Part shown: positions 1 through 7,809 of the stretch, in pieces
Layout of the letters: each line of letters opens with the position of its first letter
Numbering within the stretch: the first letter of the stretch is position 1
Assembly: GCA_965216565.1 (NCBI GenBank)
Contig: OZ244170.1
Coordinates: 544,001-608,000, forward strand
Direction: 5' to 3'
DNA length: 64,000 nucleotides
DNA from: Bythopirellula sp.
GTDB taxonomy: Bacteria; Planctomycetota; Planctomycetia; Pirellulales; Lacipirellulaceae
Notes under the pieces: model-generated
What the model was told of the DNA's origin: nothing
Databases searched by the model: none
What the model saw: only the letters and a program-made list of their open reading frames with translations
Translations under genes and position numbers: made by a program

Positions 1-35
1 CTCGTACGCGGCACTTGAAGGTGTCGCGTACATTT

Positions 36-446
36 CTAGTGAAGTACAGCATGCTCTAAAGCCAGAACGAGCCTATTAAGAGAAGTTGATAGCCTCTTTT
101 GATTAAGTGGCTTTAGGAGCACATCGTCACACCCTGCTGCAATTAGCCTGTGTGTCCAATCAGATTTGTTGGTTATTGCAAGAATGTACTGGAATGAGTC
201 CTGAAGCCTTATTCTGATTGCGTCAAATAGCTCAGCCTCTGAGACACTTAGTAGTGGCACATCAAGTATGAGACAGCTACTTTGCCAGCTAGACTCAGAG
301 GCTATGAGATCAGAGTGCCGTACTTCTAGTAGCTTTGCGTTTAGTCTTTCAGTCTGTTTCTTTAGCAGCAACCGCATAGCACGGTGCTCAGGCTCTGTAT
401 GGTCATAATGACCAACTACCAAAATGCTTGGATAGGTGTGGGCCAT
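36..446 (-). CDS. Degenerate response-regulator receiver-like protein
   Basis: LILD...ILAIT...AAGCDDVLLKPLN resembles the C-terminal half of a REC domain. Confidence 0.55.
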   Translation of the reverse strand: MAHTYPSILVVGHYDHTEPEHRAMRLLLKKQTERLNAKLLEVRHSDLIASESSWQSSCLILDVPLLSVSEAELFDAIRIRLQDSFQYILAITNKSDWTHRLIAAGCDDVLLKPLNQKRLSTSLNRLVLALEHAVLH

Positions 447-615
447 AAGTAGTTAAGAACGTTAGAAGTAAGCCTCATCACATTGACCGAATCAAGGCTC
501 TCATTTCGTTTCGATGCTTAGAATATGAAATTGTGTGCAGAACCCTGGCAAATTATTGCCATGGCAGCATTTTGTCAGATGGCAATTGCTTACCACGACA
601 TCTATCTTTTTAGGC

Positions 616-828
616 ATGGATATTGAGGAGCTGGTTAGAGAAGAGTTCAAGCGCGGCAAGTATTCGTATCGGGATGCTGCAAATGAGACTGGCCTTACGA
701 GAGCAACGATTAGAAGTTTCATCCAAGATGAGAGAGATGTGAGGTACTCAACCCTTAAGAGGATAGCCACCTATGTTGGAGTTGAGATTGTGGGCCGCAA
801 GAGACGCCATAGAGGCGTAAATACATAA
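616..828 (+). CDS. XRE/Cro-type HTH transcriptional regulator
   Basis: SYRDAANETGLTRATIRSF...YSTLKRIA HTH pattern; divergent from the REC-like gene; ATG at 616. Confidence 0.75.
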   Translation: MDIEELVREEFKRGKYSYRDAANETGLTRATIRSFIQDERDVRYSTLKRIATYVGVEIVGRKRRHRGVNT

Positions 829-932
829 TCAGAATTACTGAAGCATAAATTCGATCCCTGCAGATACGCTTGAATTCGTAGTCGCTTAGTTAAAGCAAGC
901 GACTAGTTCACAGTGTGGGTATACATCTTTGA

Positions 933-962
933 GGGCTGTCCTTGTGCGGGGCAGCCCATTTT
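933..962 (+). terminator. Probable intrinsic terminator after the XRE gene
   Basis: GGGCTGTCC/GGGGCAGCCC stem followed by ATTTT. Confidence 0.5.
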
Positions 963-1497
963 GCATCTGACCTTGTCTGATAGCCCTAAGACTCGCTTCT
1001 CTTCCTAAGTTAAGGGGCTGTCTCAATCTGTTCGTTAGGGTCTTTCTCGGAGGTAATCTCCCGAAAATTCCAAGTTTTTTTGCTTACGTACTCATGTTGC
1101 AGGACAATAGTAAGCATAAACCAGCCGACTGATTTGGGTCGGAACAAAAGGAACAACAGATATGACAGCAGTAGCAGACGCACTTCGAACAGCCGAGTCC
1201 CAGAGAATACCTTCAATGCAGGAGCTAGAGGCAGGGCTGCAGATGACAGCCTCAGAGATAAAAAAACAGATAATTGCCGAACTTGATGCAGCTGGAGCAG
1301 AATGGTACCCGGAGGTGGACCCCATTAGTTGGACAGTAAACAGGGTTGTATAAGAGTTGCTTTCGGTAGGCCCGCCAGCCCCCTCACAGGGCTGGCGCGG
1401 CCGGCTTTCGTCAATTGGTTGCTTGTGTACCGTTTGATGTCCGCCTTCTCGCAAAATTTTTCGTATTAGATGGGTCGTCATTTCGGTGGCTGTGGCT

Positions 1498-2274
1498 TCA
1501 GTTTCGCTTGCCATAAACATCTGCAGGCGTGCGATATCCCAGCGCCTGGTGAATGCGTTCGTGGCAATAGAATTCGAAGTAGGCCGTGAGGCTTGCTTTC
1601 GCTTCCCAGCCATCACCATAGTCTTTCAGATATACCTCCTCGTACTTCACCGTACGCCACAGACGTTCGACAAACACGTTGTCTAGTGCCCTGCCACGTC
1701 CGTCCATGCTAATCGATACACCGCGTGTAGAGAGTCGATTGGTAAACTCTGTCGCGGTGAATTGACTGCCTTGGTCGCTGTTAAATATCTCGGGTTGCTT
1801 GGTAGACAACGCCTCGTCGAGCGCCTCTAAACAAAAATCGATTGTGAGCGTGTTGGAAAGCCGCCAGCTCAGCACGAACCGGCTGTACCAATCCATCACC
1901 GCGACCAGATACAAAAAACCTTGTTGCATCGGCAGGTAGGTGATATCGGTACTCCAAACCTGATTGGGACGAATAATTGCCACATTTCGCAGTAAATACG
2001 GGTAAATCTTGTGTCCAGCACCTGGACAAGTGGTGCGATGCTTTGGATAAATCGCTTCGATTCCCATCAGTCTCATCAGACGCTGAATTCGCTTGCGATT
2101 GACGCCAAACACTTCTGACATCTTTCGGCTGCCGTAAAACGGTGTCTTGAGATACTGCTCGTCGATGGCGCGCATCAGTTTCAGGTTTTCGGTCGTTTCG
2201 CCCAGAGGTTCGTAGTACCACGTCGAGCGAGGTAGACCGAGCAACTCGCATTGGCGAGCTACGCTCAGTTGCAC
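1498..2274 (-). CDS. IS3 transposase OrfB (DDE integrase core)
   Basis: WSTDITY, NSDQGSQF, DNVFVERLWRTVKYE motifs. Confidence 0.95.
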   Translation of the reverse strand: MQLSVARQCELLGLPRSTWYYEPLGETTENLKLMRAIDEQYLKTPFYGSRKMSEVFGVNRKRIQRLMRLMGIEAIYPKHRTTCPGAGHKIYPYLLRNVAIIRPNQVWSTDITYLPMQQGFLYLVAVMDWYSRFVLSWRLSNTLTIDFCLEALDEALSTKQPEIFNSDQGSQFTATEFTNRLSTRGVSISMDGRGRALDNVFVERLWRTVKYEEVYLKDYGDGWEAKASLTAYFEFYCHERIHQALGYRTPADVYGKRN

Positions 2275-2305
2275 ATGGGCTGGATCGATCCATCGTCTGA
2301 GTTCC

Positions 2306-2593
2306 TTAGCTGAGCTGGGTAGATTTTTTTTTCAACCACTCGACTTCCATCTTCAAGCGGCCAATCTGTTCGTAAAGTTCTTGCTCGGCCGCAGAGTTTT
2401 CTTCCTGACGGTTACGACCGTCAGAAAACAGCTCTGCTGCTCCCGAGAGCAGTTGCTTCTTCCAGGCCGTCACCTGGCTAGCATGAACCGCAAACTTCGC
2501 AGCCAGCTCTGCTGTCGTCTTGTCGCCACGGGCCGCTGCCAAGGCCACCTTCGCCTTGAAAACACCACTAAACACTCTTCGCTTCCGTGCCAT
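2306..2593 (-). CDS. IS3 transposase OrfA (HTH); -1 frameshift at A9 run (2324-2332)
   Basis: MARKRRVFSGVFKAKVALAA...QIGRLKMEVEWLKKK; GGAGG RBS; slippery A9. Confidence 0.92.
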   Translation of the reverse strand: MARKRRVFSGVFKAKVALAAARGDKTTAELAAKFAVHASQVTAWKKQLLSGAAELFSDGRNRQEENSAAEQELYEQIGRLKMEVEWLKKKSTQLS

Positions 2594-3051
2594 AAACCGG
2601 ACCTCCTGGTGGACTCCCAAAGGGAGTATTCTACACCTTATAGGGTTGTCCAGTTTTGGGGGTCCACCTCACCCCGACAAAAGATCTATTCCTCGTCAAA
2701 GAACTGCAACGGTCGAAATCGACGGTGAAATGACTGAATATGGGGTCTATGTAGTTAGTAAAGAAGATTTCGAACAACAGCGATATACAAATGATAAAGG
2801 TGTTGGACTGGTGTTTTTCGACGACCAATTAATTGTACTCAACCAAGACGGCAAAACAATTTATGATAAAGAGCGGATAGCAGGGTATGGCGGTCGCCTC
2901 ATGCTAGAGAATGCTCTGTCCGTTCTTCGGCCTGAGGATTCAGCTTCTTCTGGAGATAACTGGATGGAAGATATTCAGGTAGCCCAACATGGGGCTACCC
3001 AGCAAACAGATTTGGGGAGTGTTGATTTATTTTCAGAACAAGGCTAGTTTT

Positions 3052-3268
3052 TCACCCAGCTACTTGTTCTTCTAGTCGGGCGACCTGCTCTTTAATTGTG
3101 TACTACTCCTGCTGGAGCGATTCTATCTGACTTGATACACCATCAAAATTGGTCTGTGTATCGTTTCTGAATTCGTCGAGCTTTGCTTCAAAAGATTCAA
3201 GTTGAGTGACAACCTCTTCATGAAGCAGTGTCTGGAGAGCTTCTATGTCATCTGCTGATAAGGCCATA
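3052..3268 (-). pseudogene. Small coiled-coil protein with internal TAG (3103-3105)
   Basis: The frame continues past TAG as YTIKEQVARLEEQVAG*, resembling the C-terminus of the neighbouring coiled-coil ORF. Confidence 0.5.
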
Positions 3269-3299
3269 CTTTCAAATGTAGTCTTGAGCCACAACCCAG

Positions 3300-3671
3300 C
3301 TACCCAAAGACTGACTTCTCAAGATTTTCTACACGCTGTTCGAGCTTCACGTAGTCGTCCTTATGAACAGAATCTCCGCGAATAGCCTCCTCCAAGAGAC
3401 CAAACCCTCGTTGAATTTGGTCTACAACTTTGTTTAGCTTAGTATCAAAACTCTCTTGTAATTTCTCAAGTTTTGTTTCTATCTTTTTTTCAAGTGAGTC
3501 GACATGTAGAACAAGCTCTGCTTGCACGGTGTCTATCTTTTTGTCAAGCTTTGCTTCCACAGTGTCAATCTTCTTATCGAGCTGTTTAACTTCAGTAGAG
3601 AGGTCTTTAACTTCAGTAGAAAGAATTCTCAGCTCACTCTTAGTTGCTGGTTCATTGGAATCATCTGCCAT
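3300..3671 (-). CDS. Coiled-coil protein with KID-like repeats
   Basis: ATKSEL start; LSTEVK x2 and LDKKIDTV x2. Confidence 0.7.
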   Translation of the reverse strand: MADDSNEPATKSELRILSTEVKDLSTEVKQLDKKIDTVEAKLDKKIDTVQAELVLHVDSLEKKIETKLEKLQESFDTKLNKVVDQIQRGFGLLEEAIRGDSVHKDDYVKLEQRVENLEKSVFG

Positions 3672-3749
3672 AGTCAAATCGTGTCATAGTTCGGAGTGCC
3701 AAGTCAAATTAGCAAAGGCTCCTAAGCACATGGAACAAAGTATGCGGTA

Positions 3750-5831
3750 CTAGGAGCGACGTTTCCGAGGAAACTCAAACTCAACACCGCCCTTGGTTAG
3801 AACGAGCCGTGCTTCAAAAGGCTTGCCTGCTTTTGAGGTAAATCCCTTGAGGACAGAAGATTTACCTTTATTAAGCAAGTGCACAGCTGTTGAGCGGGCA
3901 ACTTTCTTGCCAGCAACAGTTTTCCATATTGTGAATTTGCACCCATCTTTCCACCGTGAGCAGGAATAGGATTTAGTTTGTTCAGTAACAGAAGCTCCAC
4001 AGACGGGGCACTGCCCTAATGTCTTAGCTTGTGGTCGTAGAGCTTCAGGCTTAGGGAGTTGTTTCTTTGAAGCCGTCTCATTAGATCCAATAATTTGTCT
4101 AGCATACTCAGCAATGTTGTCCATGAACTGAGCTGCACTACCGTCACCGCGAGCAATCTTTGTTAGCCTTGCCTCCCAGTCACCGGTTAGCTCAGCAGAT
4201 TTTAGGCTCTCATCTTGTATGTACTGTAATAAGTAGCGCCCCTGTTTGGTTGCAGTGATTTTTGATTTAGAGCGTTTGATGTACTCACGTTTTAGCAGCG
4301 TTTCAATGACAGCGGCACGTGTTGCGGGGGTTCCGAGCCCTCGTTTCTTAAGTGCTTCACGAAGCTCTTGCTCCTCTACTTCTTTACCGGCAGTCTCCAT
4401 AGCTCCAAGCAGTGAGCTTTCAGTAAAATGCTTTGGAGGAGCCGTTTTACCTTCACGAATCGATGGCTCGTGGGGGCCAGCCTCACCCACACGAAATTCT
4501 GGCAATAGTTGGTCATCGCCTTCTCTCTCAGTACCATCAGAACTGCTATAGAGAACGGTCCAGCCAGCAGACACAACGCGAGTGCCCTTGGCTAAGAATG
4601 GAAGGTCTCTTGAGTGAGCACTAATAGAAGTTACTTGCTTAAGGCATGGTGGGTAGAAGGCAGCGATGAAGCGAGTAAGGATTTGGTCATATACTTGCTG
4701 TTGACCCTTATTTAATAAAGTTGGAATTTTCCCAGTCGGAATAATTGCGTGATGGTCAGTTACCTTTTTGTCATTAGTGATTCGAGCCGAAAAGGTGAGT
4801 GAATCAAGGTTTAAGCCACCAATTTCTTTTTGACGAAGTTTTGAGAGCTCCCTAAAGATCCCAGGGATAGTAGGCTCCATATCTTTGGTTAAATACCTAG
4901 AATCAGTTCGTGGATAAGTAACGAGTTTTTGCTCGTAGAGTGATTGTACGGCTTTTAGAGTGTCAGCCGCAGATACACCAAAACGTCTATTTATTTCTCG
5001 TTGTAGCTCAGTAAGGTCAAAGAGCTGAGGGGCTGCTGACCGCTGTTCTTTAGTCTCAACGGAGTCGATTACTAAGTCCCAACGCTTGATTCGTTTTAGC
5101 TGCTTTGTGGCAACTCTCTCCTTATCGAATCTGCCTTTTGTATAGCGAAATAGAGTTTCACGATATGCTGTCTGAAGCTCCCAGAAGGGCGTTGATTGAA
5201 AGTCCTCAATTTCAATATCGCGATTTGCAATTAGGGCAAGCACGGGTGTTTGTACTCGGCCAACGCTCCAAAGGGTTTTGTCTTGGGGGTTCTTTGCGGT
5301 GAAGTATCGAGTCCCGTTAAGCCCAACTATCCAATCCGCTTCACTCCTAGAGCGTGCAGCCGCGTAGAGGTTATCGTAGTCTGAGAGTGGACGTAAGTTT
5401 TTGAAGGCACCTCTAATCGCTTCAGGAGTAAGTGAGCTAAGCCAGAGACGTTTGGCTGGCTTTGTCGTACACCCAGTAAGGCTTAGGATGTAACGAAAGA
5501 TAAGCTCCCCTTCTCTTCCAGCATCTGTTGCACAAATGATTGTGCTTGAAGCCCGAAAGAGCTTCTTAATGACAGCTAACTGTGCTCTCGCCTGTTTATC
5601 ACCAGTAGCTTTTAGCTCAAAGCGAGGTGGAATAAAGGGTAGCCCTTCAATGCTCCATTTCTTAAGAGCTGGATCGTAGTCATCAGGTTGTTTAAGCGTT
5701 ACGAGATGGCCAAAAGCCCACGTAACTTGATACCCGTTTCCTTCAAGGTATCCGTCCTGGCGTTTAGAGCAACCAAGATGAGCCGCAATATCTCTAGCCA
5801 CAGATGGCTTTTCAGCGAGAACTACTTTCAT
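3750..5831 (-). CDS. topB: DNA topoisomerase III (type IA), element-borne
   Basis: MKVVLAEKPSVA, ATDAGREGE, SVGRVQTP, TYPRTDS, GLGTPATRA, C-terminal Zn ribbon. Confidence 0.95.
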   Translation of the reverse strand: MKVVLAEKPSVARDIAAHLGCSKRQDGYLEGNGYQVTWAFGHLVTLKQPDDYDPALKKWSIEGLPFIPPRFELKATGDKQARAQLAVIKKLFRASSTIICATDAGREGELIFRYILSLTGCTTKPAKRLWLSSLTPEAIRGAFKNLRPLSDYDNLYAAARSRSEADWIVGLNGTRYFTAKNPQDKTLWSVGRVQTPVLALIANRDIEIEDFQSTPFWELQTAYRETLFRYTKGRFDKERVATKQLKRIKRWDLVIDSVETKEQRSAAPQLFDLTELQREINRRFGVSAADTLKAVQSLYEQKLVTYPRTDSRYLTKDMEPTIPGIFRELSKLRQKEIGGLNLDSLTFSARITNDKKVTDHHAIIPTGKIPTLLNKGQQQVYDQILTRFIAAFYPPCLKQVTSISAHSRDLPFLAKGTRVVSAGWTVLYSSSDGTEREGDDQLLPEFRVGEAGPHEPSIREGKTAPPKHFTESSLLGAMETAGKEVEEQELREALKKRGLGTPATRAAVIETLLKREYIKRSKSKITATKQGRYLLQYIQDESLKSAELTGDWEARLTKIARGDGSAAQFMDNIAEYARQIIGSNETASKKQLPKPEALRPQAKTLGQCPVCGASVTEQTKSYSCSRWKDGCKFTIWKTVAGKKVARSTAVHLLNKGKSSVLKGFTSKAGKPFEARLVLTKGGVEFEFPRKRRS

Positions 5832-5955
5832 TTGAAGTGAGCCCTTCACGAAAGATGGGTAAGTGTTGTTGCCGGATTGATTGTAATGGTCTTTAGGAGC
5901 AAGTTGAATCCCCGCGTCTCAAGGCAAAGAATGCCTAAAACGCGGGGCGACAATG

Positions 5956-6429
5956 CTAGTAGAAACTAGGCTGCCTCTTTACTTTCTGTGGTGGACTTAG
6001 GTTTCCAATTCTTTGCACATTTTCTAAGAGATGATGTAGGGCATCCTTTAACTGAATACGGTCAAGAAAAGTGACTGACTCCAGATTGCTTCCCTGCTTA
6101 AGTAGTCTAACTACGAGAGCTAGCCGGTTCTCGAATTGCTCACTTAGGTATTCGAGACGAAGGTCGCCACTAGCTGATTGGTTGTCTAGAAATCGGCCTA
6201 AGGTATCACTAGCGTGTTGAAATAGGTCAATGTGATCCCAAACGCCACTTAGAGCATCTTCCTTATTCGGCCCTCCAAGCTCAGAGACGAGTATTGTAAG
6301 TGTTCTTTTAAGACGGTGCGTTAACCCAGCCAATCCGTCTTGATGTGTGTTGTCAAACAGGCAGGTTCCTAGAGTCCCAGGACCAGAAAAACTACCAAGT
6401 GATGAGTTTTTCGTATGTACTTGTTGCAT
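5956..6429 (-). CDS. Hypothetical helical protein
   Basis: 157-aa ORF, GGAG upstream, co-oriented with neighbours. Confidence 0.55.
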   Translation of the reverse strand: MQQVHTKNSSLGSFSGPGTLGTCLFDNTHQDGLAGLTHRLKRTLTILVSELGGPNKEDALSGVWDHIDLFQHASDTLGRFLDNQSASGDLRLEYLSEQFENRLALVVRLLKQGSNLESVTFLDRIQLKDALHHLLENVQRIGNLSPPQKVKRQPSFY

Positions 6430-6471
6430 TTCTATCTCTCCATTTAGTCACACTGTGTATTGATGGAGTCG

Positions 6472-7269
6472 CTATGCTGCTTCTAGTACGTCCTCCTTAT
6501 CAGTGGACGGCGAAGCGATGTCGTTGCTTGCGTCTAGTTCACGTGTAGTAGGTATGGAAACTGGAAATGGTGTTGGGGTTTGATACACTTTGATTGGCCG
6601 AAGACGAGTTGGTATGGCTTCATCTGGAACACGGCCCGAGATTCCGGCAACTCGTCTTGCTTCATTCACAGCACGCTTTATCGCGTGTAGCTGAACCTGA
6701 ACACCACCATACGGTTCAAAAATAGTCAGGTAGAATTCTCTTACGAACCAATGGATAGGCTTCTTGGTGGCTTGGCTAACGTAGTATTTCTTAAGCCTAA
6801 GGTATGATCTCTTCTCTATTCGCGTTCTGACTTTGCCTCTTGAGAGACCAATTGCGTAAGCAAAGAGCTTACCTCTCCATGCAAACGGAATAGTAAGGGG
6901 TGCCATCATGACATTTCTGTAGAAGCCTACTCTCTCACCAGTCTCAGGGTTTGTAGATGACGCATAGTCAAAGAATCGTGGATTGCCTGGGTTCGTAGTG
7001 AGAATAATGCGTGTGTTTTCATGGCGAATGTAGTGAATTGGAGCTTCTCCCGCTGCCTTTCTCCTAGAGCGAGTGAATCGACTGATGTTAAGACCTAGCT
7101 TGTCAATGATTCGTGCATCCTGTTCATCGGGTCTTAAAAATTCTGACGGACTAAGTTTCGCCCAAAAACGACACTCAGCACGCCCGAAATAGGTACAAAT
7201 TACTTGCTTAATGAGTCCATTAACAGAACTTGCAATACATCGGTATTTGCACTCGCCTCTACTGGGCAT
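6472..7269 (-). CDS. Hypothetical basic protein (resembles a family I recall from planctomycete mobile elements)
   Basis: Long ORF, GGAGG RBS before ATG 7269; YRC..S..G, SRRKAAGEA.I.Y.R and FEPY..V..QL..I.RAVN segments. Confidence 0.7.
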   Translation of the reverse strand: MPSRGECKYRCIASSVNGLIKQVICTYFGRAECRFWAKLSPSEFLRPDEQDARIIDKLGLNISRFTRSRRKAAGEAPIHYIRHENTRIILTTNPGNPRFFDYASSTNPETGERVGFYRNVMMAPLTIPFAWRGKLFAYAIGLSRGKVRTRIEKRSYLRLKKYYVSQATKKPIHWFVREFYLTIFEPYGGVQVQLHAIKRAVNEARRVAGISGRVPDEAIPTRLRPIKVYQTPTPFPVSIPTTRELDASNDIASPSTDKEDVLEAA

Positions 7270-7430
7270 GAATTCCCCTCCCCCAAAGAATTTCGATGTT
7301 ATGGTGTACCTATTACTGGATGTTGCAAAAAAAGTTCCAAGTCCATGGATTGAATTGATTTCTTTTGTCACTGGTATAGGAACTTGTACCTACATCTAAG
7401 CTTTTGTCTGAGGTGCATCGCTTTCATTGC

Positions 7431-7730
7431 TCAATGCAAATAGTTGCGTTTGGCCTTGTTATTGCTCAAGAAGTTGGTGAAATCCACTACCGTACCCTCA
7501 TAGTATCTCTCACAGTAGATGGACCAAACGGCTCGCTTATAAGATCTGCCTTTGTAGAGAGTTGCTTTCAAATCATCGACCTTCACCTCAACTCACCAAT
7601 TTTGGCCAGCAAACTTTATCAACCACCCGGTGTAGGTGATGTCATTTATTGTAACGAAACTAGGAAGTCCAAGCTTTGCAACAAGTCGAACCAAATACTC
7701 CCTATAGATACACACTCTTGAAAGTCTCAT
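7431..7730 (-). pseudogene. ~99-codon ORF with one in-frame TGA (7593-7595)
   Basis: GGAG RBS + ATG 7730; the frame stays open for 53 codons after the TGA (QNW*VEVKVDD...NYLH*). Confidence 0.45.
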
Positions 7731-7809
7731 GTGATTTACTCCATCAATAAGTAAATAGAAGAGTTTTTCGGTTATTGAGAGTGCATCATGAGATGTTACA
7801 TAGAGATTG

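Larger units (their letters stand above)
1311..2671 (-). mobile_element. IS3-family insertion sequence (1361 bp), 3-bp target duplication CCC
   Basis: Imperfect terminal IRs GGAGGTGGACCCCATTAGTTGGACA and TGAGGTGGACCCCCAAAACTGGACA; CCC at 1308-1310 and 2672-2674; orfA/orfB organisation. Confidence 0.92.
1162..3047 (+). pseudogene. Hypothetical gene (~173 aa) interrupted by IS3
   Basis: Removing 1311-2674 joins ...AEWYP to DKRSIPRQ... in frame; AAGGAA RBS upstream of ATG 1162. Confidence 0.8.

Noticed and set aside
5910..5947. CCCCGCGT/ACGCGGGG hairpin before topB
   Set aside because: Single intergenic stem; probably an mRNA stability or termination element.
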